Notes under the pieces: generated by a model | Databases searched by the model: none | The model's input: the letters and a program-made list of their open reading frames with translations, nothing else | What the model was told of the DNA's origin: nothing | Origin: Utricularia gibba | Taxonomy: Eukaryota > Plantae > Magnoliophyta | Reading direction: 5' to 3' | Length of the DNA stretch: 64,000 nt | NCBI GenBank assembly: GCA_002189035.1 | Contig: NEEC01000019.1 | Location: 434,001-498,000 of the forward strand | Part shown: piece after piece, positions 12,771-26,229 of the stretch | Layout: every line of letters begins with the position of its first letter | Numbering within the stretch: position 1 is the stretch's first letter | Translations under genes and position numbers: made by a program

Positions 12771-13120
12771 TATTGAGTATCATTTTCTTACTATCTTTTA
12801 GTTTATTTTAGATGTTTAAATGTAATCAGAATTATCAAATTATAGGTCTATAATATGCATTATAAGTTTTATTTAGATAAGAGTAATTATTTCAATTCAT
12901 GTGTTTTAGCTAATATTTTTTCTAGTTTTATTAAAGTTTTGTTTGGGACAAATATATGGCAGAAAATGTGAGAAAGAAAGCAGTACATAGTAACAAAATA
13001 AATCTACTCCAATTAATATTTACTTAATTTCTAGAAGACTACAGACACTTAATGATAAGACTTGACGTGTTGTACACGAAAGTACCTAATAGATGAAATC
13101 ATTAACGTACAAGTGTCAGA
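12771..13120 (+). mobile_element. LTR family A, 5' part of the outermost (oldest) LTR
   Basis: TATTGAGTATCATTTTCTT aligns to the family-A start TGTTAAGTGTCATTTTCTT (19263). Homology continues through GGCAGAAA..GAGAAAGAA and CTTGACGTG. Preceded by ACATT. Confidence 0.75.
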
Positions 13121-13124
13121 ATAG

Positions 13125-14078
13125 GAGTTTCTTTGCAATTCACTTCGATATGACCCTTCAATAAAAAGAAGTTGACTCTAAAGGAACAAAATTCCTTGCA
13201 ACTTAAACTATGAAAATGGTACCATACTCATAGAAAAAGCAAGAAAATGAGAGTGATAAACCACACTAGATACCACAAACAAAGTTTAATAAGTCTAAAG
13301 TTCTACAAGAACTCAAGGAAAGAGTAATACTCTTAAAATACATAACAATCAAAGTTGTCCGAAATAAGGATGAAGTCCTTATATAGGTGAAGAATTGAGC
13401 ATACTAAAAAGAAATGTAGCAATAATGCAATTGGGAGTGATGGGCCTCTTATAATCAAGATGTTCCATTTTGAGTAGGTTGAATTCTATACCAAACACCT
13501 CATTGCTATATTCATTGGCCCATAATCCTTCAAGCACCTTTTAATTCTTTCTTGCTCTTGATCTAGTGATTGATCTAAGTGCAATAAGTGGAGTATTATT
13601 GACCTTTTTTACTTCATCTTGATTGAGATCATCTTTAGCATCTATGATCTCATCATCCTCCCCCCTTCTTTTAGCAGATTCATCCTTGAATCATCACCAT
13701 CTACATCACAAGGAATCAAGTCAGCAATGTTAAATGTGGAATTGACAGAAAACTCACATGGAAGATCAATTTTATAAGCATTGTTATTGATTTTCTTAAT
13801 GTCTTGAAAGAGTCTATATCCTGTTGATGAAAGCCTTGAATGTCTCTTGTTTAGAAATCTTTCCTTTCGAAAATATATCCACACCCAATCTCCTTGCTGT
13901 AGGATAACTCTCTTCCTATGATTGTCTTTGCTGCATACTCCTTGTTTTTTTGCTTCAAGTTGATTTTGAACCTTCTCATGGAGTGTTTTGATGGCCTCTG
14001 CACTCTTAACACCATCAATGCTATGAAATTCCTCAGATGGCAAGGGCAATAAGTCTATAGGAGCATGAGGATTTATTG
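13125..14078 (-). mobile_element. CRM-clade Ty3/gypsy: integrase C-terminus, PPT and truncated 3' LTR
   Basis: NPHAPIDLLPLP...GDWVWIYFRKERF...INNNAYKIDLP...STFNIADL...DSRMNLLKEGG is the typical CRM integrase tail. PPT AGAAGGGGGAGGA is followed by LTR start TGATGAG at 13655. The LTR is ~80% similar by eye to 41850-42327. Confidence 0.9.
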
Positions 14079-14125
14079 AAGGATTTTTGCATCTAGGGTT
14101 TCTGTAAATAGTTTTCAAACGAAAT

Positions 14126-15519
14126 TGATAAACGGAAATTCGTAATATCGTTGCAATAAAAATAGAAATTTCGTTATCAAATAAATTTATAGTCTCTAAT
14201 CTACACAAAATATAAATATAAAAAACTTGTATAGTGAATATCGGGGTTGATCACGAAGAGCTTGTGCTTGCCAAGTGTTTTAGTAAATGCAGAATTCGGG
14301 CTAGCAGTAAGTCTTAGTCTAAGCTCGAACCAACAATGGTAAACAAGTTCGCTAAACAAGATCAGTAAACAATATCTGGTCTTAACACTAAGGTAACAGG
14401 TATTGGTTCTTACTCAGAATAATACTAAGGTGCCTTAAGGGTCTACAGATAGTATAGTGTCAAAATCCCTAATTTAATTTACCATGTTCCCACACTCACA
14501 ACTTCAAATAACCTAAGTTTACCCAGGTCATTCATCATGTTTTCGGCTAAGCTAGTCCCCTATGTCATCACCAACGTTGCAATTAGGTCTACCCGCATGT
14601 AAAGCATATAGAACTAGGTCTACCTGGTTCTACTGGTTCCACCTCAGACTAACACTTACTGCTCACGTCTTGATTTGTTGGTCTACCTCTAAATCAAGCA
14701 TCTAAGTTGTAAAGCTACTTGTTTCCCTCCTTAGGTCTACCCATGGTTTGATAGAAACAAGAGCTAAGGAATAATGGTAAATTTTATTAAGATTCCTAGA
14801 CCCACACCATGCTTCACCTTAAGACACTCATAGGGTTTAGCTACTCATGCTTTGAAGTTAAAACATGATAACATTAATATAAAGCAATGAAAATGTTAAG
14901 AACATCGTGAAAGAGTTGGTTGTAGAAACTAAAAACATCAACAAACGAAAATAAAGCAGTAAGAGTTTTGATTTCCATCTGCTACTGTTCCTTGGCCGGA
15001 ACAGTAGCGCTGGACTGGGCTCTTATGCTGTTCTTGAGGATGAAGATCTTCTTCTCCTCTCCTGGTTCAGTGCTCGTCGTGTTGAGGGAGAAGCCCCCTC
15101 CTCGGGTCTGCCTATCTTCTCTTCCTTCTCCCCTCTCCAAAAATATCTTCACATCTTTTTTCCATTTTTCAAAATCAGTCTACTGTTCCTAACATCTGTA
15201 CTGTGCCTGGCTTGAGCCTGCAGAGTGTAGGCGGCTGAATAGTGCATTATGTCTCCTCTTTTAGTGTTGTTCATTCTTCCAAATCTCTACATGCACGAAA
15301 TTCATGTTTCCTCCCTGATTTTTTAACTTTGCTATTGGACTAGAAAAAATGTTAATAACATGGGATGGGCTAAATCAAAGGATTTAGCCCATTAACACAT
15401 AAAATTACATTATGTCCTAAAATTTGGTAAAAATACTAAAACTATAAGATAAACACTTAAAACATGATTCAAAAGCATAATTTTCTTATTCGAATAATAG
15501 GAAAATTCATGTATTATCA
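14126..15519 (-). mobile_element. Solo LTR, Athila family B, TSD GAAAT
   Basis: Reverse-complement homolog of 24793-26180 with TG...CA termini. GAAAT at 14121-14125 and 15520-15524. Confidence 0.95.
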
Positions 15520-15644
15520 GAAATCTAGCTATTGAGATAGATTGGGATTTTGTGTTAGTTGTTGGATGTTTAAACGTTTTTTTTATTCATTGTTAGTTTT
15601 AGTTAAGTTATCCTGTTTTTCCTTCATTTGTTAATCTTAGGACA

Positions 15645-18110
15645 ATGGATTCAGAAGATGAGAAACTACCTTATCTAGAATATGATAGTGATTATGTGAA
15701 TGATTTTTATGAGATTTTGGATACACACATTCCAGCTGATACGTATGTAAAGTGTGCTGTTGAGAAACCTTTGAGGAGTAAAGATGAACAAGATGTGAAT
15801 TGTAAAGCATTTAAATATAAAGATGGTGAAGATGTGAAGGAAGAATTATCAATTATTACAGATGAAGGAGGGAGCCAAGTGGTAGAAGAAAATCTAAAAT
15901 GGTTTAATATTCACCTTGGATGGACTATTCAAGAGTTAGAGTAAGTCCAAGATCATGATTGATTTGTTATTAATTATCTTTATTATATATTGTGCTTCAT
16001 TGAAGTGCTTTCAAAATGGAGGGTTGGCACTTGCTTTATAGAAAAGATACAAGCTAAACAACAATTAGAAGATTACTGTGTGAAGAAAGGTATTAAATGG
16101 AAGTCTATGAAAAATGATGAGGAACGATTAATTTTGATTTGTAAATTCAAGGGCTGTTCTTGGAAGGTTGTTGTTAAGAGGAAAGAGCATTGTTGTTGGC
16201 TTGTTGAAGAGGTCTCTGATCATTGTGATGAATGTGTGTCTCATTCAAAATAATAGGTTGGTTAGACCACGGTGGATTGGGCAAAAATATTTCCAAAAGA
16301 TTATGAATCAACCGAAGTATCCACTGAAAGCTTTTTGTCATGACGTTCAAACAGATTACAACCTTCAATGTGCACCTCACACAATCAGAAGAGGTAAAGA
16401 GTATGCCCGGAAGTTGAGTACAAGTTTTGAAGTTTCAGAATTTGTTAAATTACGTTCGTATGTGGCCCAATATAAACAGTCGAATCTTGGAGCAACCGTT
16501 GAAATCTTAGAGTGTCATGATGGTGATTCCATTGATCGATTAATGTGCGCAGGCATCTACTTTTGTCCAAAGGTATGTTTTTTATTCTTTTTGTTATTGG
16601 GTAAAAGTATGGATTGATTTTCTTCAAAATTTGTTGTTCACAAAATGCTTACATATAGGCTTGTAGAGATGGCTTTGCATTAAGTGAGAGGAAAGTGATT
16701 GGAGTTGATGGATCACACTTGTTGTCATGTGCAAGGGAAGTTACTAGTGGCAACTACATGTGACCCAAACAATGGAGTGTATCCCTTGGCATGGGGAGTA
16801 GTCGAAGGGGAGACATACAAGAGTTGGAAGTGGTTCCTTCATTTGTTTGTCAAGGATTATGGTATAACCAACGAGAACTCATCAACATTCACAGTAATTT
16901 CTGATCAAGGGATAGGGATTATTCCTGCCATTCAGCAAGTAATGCCGGGAATGCATGTAAGGTTTTATTTATTTTAAATAGTTAGCATGGGATACACATG
17001 ATTTTTCATAACTTATTTCTTTGTGCGTTAAGGTTCGTTATTGTGTGGTCCATTTGCTAAAAAACATGAGAGGACATGTGAGGCTTGATATACTTGACAG
17101 AGTTCGATAACTAGTATGGAATGCAGCACGATCAACAACTCAAGCAGAGTTCAAGGAAGTAATGAGAAAGTTAGAGGGGGTTTGCCCTAAGGGTCATGGT
17201 TATCTTTCAGCAATAAACCCCAAGTATTGAGTGCGAGCATATTTTCAAAAGAGCAACAAATGTCCTCTGCTTACGAATAATAATTCGGAATCTCTGAATG
17301 TTGCATTGAAGGAAGCCTGTGGCTTACCTTTCATCAACATGTTGGACAAGATCAATGATAAATTTGCAGAGTGGTTTGTTGAGAGGAGGTAGGGATCACT
17401 TAAGTGGCCTAGACCGCTTGGGGATCGAATTGATGCGATTTTAGCAAGAAATGTTGCAGCTGGTAGAGATGGGTGGATAGAGATGGATGATAGAGAAAAC
17501 TATCGATGGTCCCATTCCAATGACATCGTCGCTCTGAGACTCAGAAATTGTTCATGTGATTGCGGAGAATGGCAAATCACAGGTTTGATTCTTTTCTGAT
17601 CAGTTTTTTCATCTTTTTTGAAATATTTTTATCTATTATTCTTTCACATTCTGGGTATACCATGTAAGCATGCGTTTCAAGCTATTATTCAAATCAAAGG
17701 AACATTATCAGAGTTCGTGCATCCTTCTTATTTCAAGGTCAATTATGTAGCGATGTATGATGGTGATATTTATCGGTTACCAGGTGCCAAGTATTGGCCT
17801 CCAGATGATCTGCCTCCATTGTTGCCACCACCTTGGAAGCATAGGAAGCCAGGACGTGCAGCTAAAAAACAAGCTTCTCGGATGAAAAGTGTGTTTTGCA
17901 ATGGTTGTGGTGAGAAAGGGCATAATCGTAGGAAATGCCCCAATAAAAAGATAGACGACGATACTAATGATATTGAGGAGCAAACTTGTGGCTCACCATC
18001 AGAAGACATAAATTCGACAAATGATGTCACTGAGAGGTCATGTAATGATGATCACTTGACGAAGGATGGATCTTGTCAATAGCAAGGAAACAAGAGGAAT
18101 CAACATGAAC
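15645..18110 (+). mobile_element. MuDR/MULE transposase pseudogene (spliced, several premature stops)
   Basis: MuDR N-domain (WRVGTCF...CKFKGCSWKV), DDE core (IGVDG, LLVATTCDPNNGVYPLAWGVVEGE, VISDQ), LLTNNNSESLN, SWIM (CSCDCGEWQITG/IPCKHA) and CCHC knuckle (CNGCGEKGHNRRKC). Confidence 0.95.
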
Positions 18111-18489
18111 CCTAGGTATCTGAATAAGCATTTACTTAATTTTTAATCAAGAATGTTCAATGTTGTACAATCATGAACAGGTTGAACAACCAAAGCATGA
18201 TGCAACCAAATGGCGATCCGCCAAGCCCCAAAAGAAAACCAATGTCACCTTTCATTGTAGTTATGTTGAAGGAGGGGTTGTAAATATGAACACCGAAAAC
18301 AGGCAAGATGTGCAGGTGCAACAAGGCAAAATGGCAAAATTGAAAAGTGCACGGAAGGCGCCAATCGCACCACATTTAAGAGTATATGGTTGTTTGTGGG
18401 ATGATGTTTTACAATCTGTCATTGAGTAAGTAATGAGAAACAGTTTTTTCTAGCACATAATGATATTTGTCTCACGTTTTCTTATATTT

Positions 18490-20709
18490 TTATGATAGCA
18501 AACTTGCTAAGAAGCAACCAAAGTCAAGGATGCGTGGAGTAGTTATTGTTGATGTGTTGTGGTTTGGGAATGCAACGGAGCGTAATTTTCAACATAGGCT
18601 AATGCCAAATTGGCTTAAAAGGAATGAACCATGGAACAAGAACTACATAATTATTCTAATATGCATGGAGTAAGTAATGCTTATATGTATTTTTCTTTTG
18701 GTTTTATATAAGTCATATTATATGAACTTTATTTTCGTAGGGACTATTATGATTTAGCTATATTCTGTAATTTGGGATGCAAAGAAAATCGATATGTTCT
18801 TGTACTTGATTCATTGCACTTAGACTACCAAAAAGGGCATGAAGCTGCCATCCGCAGGTATTTTTTGTTTAGGATGATCCTAAATGACATATATGTTGGG
18901 TATCTAATTGATTTCACTTAGTTTGCTTTCTGTGATCCTCATAGCGAATGGGGAAACTGGGGAGGATGCTTTAAAGGTTCTGATTCATTGGACTTTGGTG
19001 AGTAATATGTAGTGATGTTGTTTCGCTTCATAGTACAAACGTTATTGTTGTGTTGATTTGACAGATGCCTTTACAAGAGGGGGATCTGAGTGTGGGATTT
19101 ATAAGTTGATGTACTTCAACTTATTCATAGCACAGAAACCGAAGAAATACATACTAGATGGTTACCCTCACTTTGTAAGTAATGACTTCTCATAAATATT
19201 TTTAATATCATTTCATATCATATAGTAATTTGACTCTTATTTTATAGATGGTTCCGGAGTGGTGTTAAGTGTCATTTTCTTATTATTTTTTAGGTTGTTT
19301 TTATGTCTAAATGTGATTAGTAATGTCTAATTAGGAGTCTATAATATGAGATTTAGGTTTTTATCTAGTTTAGGGTAATTATCCTAAATCTTGCATTTTA
19401 ACTAATAATTTTGTTAGTTTTAATTAAGTTTTTCTAGAGACGCACACGTGGCAGAAAGTGAGAGAAAGAAGGCATCAGATGACGACAAATTGGATCTTCC
19501 TGACCTAACATTCCCTTGATTTCCGGAAAACTGCAGACGCCTAATCATGAGCCTTGACGTGCGTACCAGTGTCATCATTAGCGTACTAGTGTCATCTTAA
19601 CAGGTGACATCATTAGCGTACCAGTGTCAGACGTTGCTTGCAAGTCATCCCAAGTTCAGCAGAATCACAGGGACACGAAAGCTTAGACTCTCATTGAAGT
19701 TGAGTTCTGTTCAGACAAGCTCAGTTTACTTTCAGTTTAGTTTAGACTTTTGTTTCTCTCTCTAGAGGAATTATCCTCTAGCTTATCTCTAGAACATTGT
19801 TTCGTTTTCTTTAGTTTGTATGGCCGTTCGCAGCTAGAAACTTCTGTTTCTAGATTGGAACACCCCCAGTTCTATGTTTCGTTAGCTTATTTTCATTTCT
19901 TCTTTGAATCCGAACGAGTTTCGTATGTATTCACACGACTATGTTGCAGTCTTTCTGTAACAGTCCCCTTATTCAAGGTTCATGGTTAGCTGATCACTAC
20001 TTGCGGATTTTGGAGAGGAGCAAGATGGAAAGCACCAACTTGAGCCCTACCTCAAGATCAATGGACAGGTAGTGATCTCGTATCTGGACTCATTGGGTCA
20101 TTGGCAACACTCGGGCACACGCGCGCAATTCGGTCGTGATGGTATGTTGGCAAGACCTCTTATTCTCACGTTCGTTCAAGGAGGAGCAATATCGGACTAT
20201 TCCCGTGCCTTCTTGCAAGAGAGTGTAAGGGAGGGTAGGCAATTTCTTACTCCTATAACCGAGTACTCGAGAAGATCAAAGAAGAGTGAAGACGCAACGA
20301 ACATAGTTGGACAAAATTCCAATCCTAGGAACATTTACTTTATTTAAGGTTCATCGCTTACGTTTATTTCAATTGTCTATTCAAAACCCCCTTATTCCCT
20401 TACTCAAGCTTCATCATCAAGGTTTCTCGCACCTTTTACTTTCAAAACCGTTTACAAATCGTGACAGTTGTATTCGGGGTACCTCACCTTTCACTTAAAA
20501 ACAACTCCCTGTGTTCGACACCCGTACTATGCTTTTGTGTTTTATGTGTTTTAAAAATATTAAAATTTGTTGTGGAAATGACACGCATCAAGTGGTTTAC
20601 TGATGATGAAATTCGAAAGTTTGCACAAGATATGCGAATTCCACGCCATCGACACAAGATTTCATATGTGGGAACACAAGAGGGTGAAAATATGGATTCT
20701 TTTCTTTGA
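18490..20709 (+). pseudogene. Ulp1/C48 SUMO-protease-like gene downstream of the MULE transposase, interrupted by a solo LTR
   Basis: Spliced segments LWF...NWLKRNEPWNKNYIIILIC / DYYDLAIFCNLG...VLVLDSL / MPLQEG..ECGIYKLMYFNLFIAQKP...YPHF / MVPEWFTDDEIRKF. The last exon rejoins in frame across the 19263-20590 LTR. The catalytic His position reads TAT (Tyr). Confidence 0.8.
19263..20590 (+). mobile_element. Solo LTR family A (probably Athila-type), TSD AGTGG
   Basis: TGTTAAG...GCATCA termini, 1328 bp. AGTGG at 19258-19262 and 20591-20595. GTTCGAC lies near the 3' end as in the other LTRs here. Confidence 0.95.
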
Positions 20710-22073
20710 GTTATTAGAGCTGCCATTTCATTTTTGTAAACTTGTGAAACATTGTTGATCTCTTTCGTTCAATGGACATATATCGTAGCAGTAGGGGAAG
20801 CTCAGCCAAATTACCTTAATCCATAAATTCATAAATCCACTTGCCCATTATAGATAATAATTATTATTTCGATTTTATGTTTACTCAATTGTAATCGTAG
20901 CAATTGTTAGAAAAAAAAATTATTGAGGTGTTAACATTAAATTTATTCAAAATTTGATTTAAACTTAATTATTTAATAATAAATGTTCGAATTTATTATA
21001 ATTATAAGTATTAATTAGTTAACATTCAATTTATTGTATACTTTTTACATCAAAATAATATTTTCAATGTAAAATTCAACTTTAAATCCTATTCGATTTC
21101 TCCCAAGAATCCAAATTTAAACTCTAAATTCGTATTCATTTTACTTCAATAAATTTCCATAAATTTTAAGAATGTTTTTTTTTATTTTAAAGACCATTAT
21201 ACCGATAAAATAATTATATATATAGACATATTTTTCTATTATTTTAGGATTATAGTGATATGTTTGATAAATATTGATAAGAAATGTATATTATTGAAAA
21301 AATCGAACAATATATTATTGGTAAGTTAAGTCAATACAAACTTTACAATGCTCTTTTAATCATAATCATAATTATCAATATATTCACCCAAATAGAATAT
21401 TATTGAACAAATCTAACAATATTTGATTAAAAAAAGGGGGCACTACATGATGAAAAACCAGATTTGATATTCACCAACAGCATTATCAAAAGAAATTAAC
21501 AACAAAATTCCCAATGAACGTTGAATGATTTATTTTTGGAATGAGTGTTGCCAACTTAAAAATTTTAAATGATTATAATATTTTTTTATAAGAATTAATC
21601 ATATCATATTCTCAATTTATGAACTCATATTTTTTAAAAATTCAAATTTTTAAATCAATTTTATTATCTTATTTTTCATTTAATTGACAAGTTCTAATAT
21701 CAATGTAACCATCTTTATAAACACTTTAATTTTTTAATAAAATCAAACATGGGTCAATATAGATCAAAATGCATATGGTGGTTGCGTCAAAACAGCGAAA
21801 AAAAAGATAACGTTCAACCAAAGTAGCTCCATCCACAAGAACGTTAGGATCAAAACCACATAATTGAAAATGTTAATTGGGTCAAAATAGTTCTAAATAA
21901 AATTTATTAGATTAAAAAAGTTATAAACAAATATTTGTTGAGTCAAAAGTATAGATCACATGGGTCAACATAGTTAGATCAGAAAAATAGTGGGTCATGC
22001 AAGTTAGACCGGCTCAAATTACATAGATCAAAATGGATAAACAGAATAAATAGTGAGGTCACAACTGCCATCA

Positions 22074-24787
22074 TCCCAAACAAAATCCATAGAAAGGTCA
22101 ATCCAAGGGAAAGGAGGAGTAGGAAGAAGAATATACAATCCATTAGAAGTTGATTTTGATTTAATCTTCTTGCACACCAAACATCTTCCACATATCCTTT
22201 CTACATCTCTTCTCATATGTGGCCAATAGAAATGATGTTGAAGCATGTCCAACTTCTTGGTGACCCCAAAATATCCCATTACACTACTATCATGAGCCTC
22301 TTTCATAAAAAACTCACGAATTGAACATTGAGGAAAATATAACCTGTTCTTCTCATATGTGGAAGTTTTCGTGAGGTTTATGCTCAAATGAAAGATAAAT
22401 ATCCTTAAAATCATGATCAATACTGTAAATTTCTTTTAATATCGAAAATCCAAGAATTTGAGTATCAAGAGTAGTCAAAAGTGTGTACCTTTGTGACAAT
22501 GCATTAGCAAGAATGTTCTTCTTACCTTTCTTATATTTGATAATATAAGGAAATATATCAATGAACTTCACTCATTTTGCATGTCTTCTATTGAGATTTC
22601 TTTGACTCTCGACATGCTTTAAACTTTCATGGCCTGTATAAATAACAAATTTCTTGTACCAAAGATAATGTTTCCAAGTTTCAAGTGCTGTTACCAATAA
22701 ATACAATTCATTATCATAAGTTGGGTAATTGAGTGTAGTTCCACCCAACTTTTCACTGAAGTAGGCAATAGGTCATATTAGAACAACACCTATTTCAACT
22801 CCAGAAGCATCACATTCAATTTCAAACATGTTAGGGAAATCAGGTAATGTAAATAAATGAGTTGGGCCAAGTTTATCCTTAAATATCTTGAAAGCAAACT
22901 CTTGTGATTCTCCCCAGAAAAATTGAACATTTTTCTTCACAACCATGTTGAAGGGTGTAGCAAGTGTGTAGCAAGTGTGTTGAAATCCTTGACAAAACGA
23001 TGGTAGAAACTAGCCAATCCATGGAAACTACGTACTTCTCCAATTATAGTAAGAGTTGACCATTCTCTAATTGCTTTCACTTTTTCTTCATTCACAGAAG
23101 TTCCTGCATCATTTATAATATAGCAAAGAAAAGAGATTTTGTTTGTGAAAAAGTCGCACTTCTTGATATTTGCATACAAACACTCTTTTCTCAAGACAAG
23201 TAGCACCTCTTGTAAATGACATGTATGTTCATACAATGTCTTACTATATAGAAGAATATCATCAAAGTAAACAACAACAAATCTACCAAGAAAGGGACGC
23301 AATACATGATTCATCAACCTCATGATAATACTAGGTGCATTAGTCAATCCAAAAGGCATAATCAACTATTCATATAAACCAAACTTAATTTTGAAAGCAG
23401 TCTTCCATTCATCTCCCTTTTTCATCATAATTTGATGATAGCCATTACGCAAATCAATCTTAGAGAAAATGCATGATCCATGTAATTCATCTAACATATC
23501 GTCAAGCCTAGATATATGATGGTTGTACTTAATTGTTATTTGATTGATGGCTCGACAATTTGTGCACATTCTCCATTTTTCATCGTGTTTTGGAACCAAT
23601 AACACTAGAACTGAGCAGGATTCACACTTTCCCTCACCAATCCCTTGTCATGAGTTCTTCCACTTGGGCTTATATCTCTTGGGTTTCTTCTGGGTTAGCC
23701 CTATAAGCAGCTCGATTTGGGATTTGAGCATTTGGAACAAAGTCAATTTGATGTTCTATTCCTTAGTATAGTGGTAATTCCAGCAACTCTTCAAGAAAAA
23801 CATTATTGAATTCCTGAAAAACAAGTTTAATACAAGTAGAAAGATCCTCTTGTGACTTAAAGTTGTCTGACAATGGCTCTTTAAACAAGAGTAAAAGAAA
23901 GAGATTTTTGGCATGCAACATTCTCTTCACATCACTCATCCTAGTAACAAGGCACTCGATTTCTTTTTTTTCTCACAACTCCTTCATTCACTTCTTTCTT
24001 TTCACTTTTTTTTTGATGTTCTTTTCCTATTTCGAGATATTTCTTTTTTTTTCTCTATCAAGCTCTCATCCCTCAACTCACTAAAAAATTTGATAGCAGC
24101 AGCAATCTTAAGTTGATCTTTGTGTGCCTCTTTTGGAAATAAAAGCACTAGCGTGATTGGTTTGCCTTTCATGGAAAAGGAATACTTGTTGATATAGCCA
24201 TTATGGATCACGTTCCTATCATATTACCAAAACCTTCCTAATAGTATGTGTCCTGCATGCATGAATGCTACATCACAAAGAACCTCATCTTGGTACTTTC
24301 CAATTTGGAAAGCAACAAGAACTTGTTTTCTGACTTTCACTTCATTGCCTTCGTTCAACCATTGGAGCCTGTATGAACGTGGATTTTTGAGGGTAAGAAG
24401 TTGAAGTTTATCCACCATTAGAGAATTGGCAACATTTGTGCAGCTGCCTCCATCGATTATTAGGCTACAAACTCTCCCATATACAAAGCAACGTGTATGG
24501 AATAAGTTCTCTCCTTGTTTCTCTATTGGCTTAGTATCCATAGTGTAAGTCCGTCTTGTCACCAAACTTTCACCTACAATAAGTTATTGTTTCCCATCAT
24601 ACATTTCCTTTACTTCACTTCCACTTTCACTCTCAACCTCTCATTCAATATCTCCAAAATCTATAAAAATCATGATCCTCTTATTTGGGTACTCTGAAGT
24701 AATGTGAACATGGCCAAGACATTTGAACCACTTGACATCATGTGTTTGTCCAGAAGACTTGAATCCCTTCTTCTGGTTCCTAGTAGT
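22074..24787 (-). mobile_element. CRM retrotransposon gag C-terminus, protease, RT, RNase H and integrase N-terminus (degenerate)
   Basis: Zinc knuckle DVKWFKCLGHVHITSEYPNKR, protease [23 protein letters not shown]...MPFGLTNAP...VVYFDDIL, RNase [11 protein letters not shown], integrase Zn region EAH...HFYWPHMRRDVERICGRCLVC. Stops abruptly after DLSMDFV. Confidence 0.95.
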
Positions 24788-24792
24788 AATGC

Positions 24793-26180
24793 TGATAGCA
24801 CACAAATTTTCATGTTTTAGAACAGGAAAAATCATAAATTTTTAGTTATGTTTAAGTGTTAATTTTATAGTTTTAAGTATTTTTATTTGATTAGAGAAAA
24901 TATGATTTTTGGTGTATTAGTGGGCTAAATACTTTGATTTAGCCCACCCCATGTCTAACCCAATTTTGGAGTCTAGTAGCAACCCGAGAATTAAGAAAAA
25001 AAATCTGGATTTCGTGCAAGTCACCAGGCTGCAGGAGGGGCAATGAGTACACTGTCAGGGCCAGAAGCAGCAGATTTGTCAGAGAATGTACTTGCCTTGG
25101 GCAGTGAGAGGCGAGATAAAGAGGAGGAGGAGAGAGAGTTGCAAGAGTACACCAAGAATTTTCAGAACACACACGAGGGGGTTTCTCCCCCAACTCGAAC
25201 AGGAAGAATACTGAAGGAGAAGGAGGAAGAAAAGCGATTTTTTTTCTGGAGAAGAACCTCCAGCGTGAAGGAAGAAGATCAAAAACCAATTCAGTGCTAC
25301 TATTCCGGCCTAGGAATAGTAGCAGACGAAAACTAGAACTCTTACTGCTTTATTTTAGTTTGTTGATGTTTTTAGCTTTTGCACCCAACTTTTGCACAAT
25401 GTTCTTGACATTTTCGTTGTTTTATGTTAATGCCATCACTTTTTACCTTCAAAGCATGAGTAGCTAAACCCTAGGAGTGCCTTAAGGTGAACCATGGTGG
25501 TGTGGGTCTAGGAGTCTTAATAAAATTCATCATTGTCCCTTAGCTCTTGTTTCTATCAAGCCATGGGTAGACCTAAGGAGGGGAACAAATAACTTCACAA
25601 TTTAGATGCTTGATTTAGATGTAGACCAACAAATCAAGATAGGAGCAGTAGGTGTTAGTATAGGGTAGAACCAGTAGAACCGGGTAGACCTTATTCTATA
25701 TGCTTTGCATGTGGGTAGACCTAATTGCAAGGTTTGTGATGATATGGAGGACTAGCTCAGCCGAAAATATAATGAATGATCTGGGTAGACTTAGGTTATT
25801 TTAAGTTGTGAGTGTAGGAATATGGTAAATTAAATTAGGAATTTTGGCACCACACCGCTTGTAGATCTTTAAGGTACTTTAGTATTATTTTGAGTCAAAA
25901 CTAGTACTTGTTACCTTAGCATTAAGATTTGAAATTGTTTAGTGATCTTATTTACCGAATTTGTTTATTACTGTTGGTCCGAGTTTAGACTAAGACTACC
26001 ATTACTTTGAATTCTGCATCTGTTGAAATACATGACAAGCATAAGCTCCTTGTGATCAACCCCGAATTCCACTATATACTTTGTGTTTAATTTGTATTTT
26101 GTGAGGATTAGGGACGATAAATTAATTTGTCACGGAAATTTGGTTTTATTGCAATGACATGCTAAAATTTCCGTTTATCA
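24793..26180 (+). repeat. 5' LTR of Athila B (1388 bp)
   Basis: TG...CA termini, followed directly by the PBS. Homologous to 14126-15519, 39679-40072 and 44131-45520. Confidence 0.95.
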
Positions 26181-26183
26181 AAT

Positions 26184-26201
26184 TGGCGCCGTTGTCGGGG
26201 A
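26184..26201 (+). other. Primer-binding site, Athila (tRNA-Asp) type
   Basis: TGGCGCCGTTGTCGGGGA, 3 nt after the LTR end. Confidence 0.9.
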
Positions 26202-26229
26202 GCGATTTTTAATTGTTTTGTGTTTCTAG

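Noticed and set aside
14968-15192. Short ORFs recurring in family-B LTRs (also at 25043-25336 and 44358-44606)
   Set aside because: They come from the GA/CT-rich leader region of the LTR, and frames and stops differ between copies.
21441-22060. CACTAC start suggesting a CACTA element, with GGGTCA-rich subrepeats
   Set aside because: No matching GTAGTG terminus or 3-bp TSD was found, so the origin of 20760-22073 remains unassigned.
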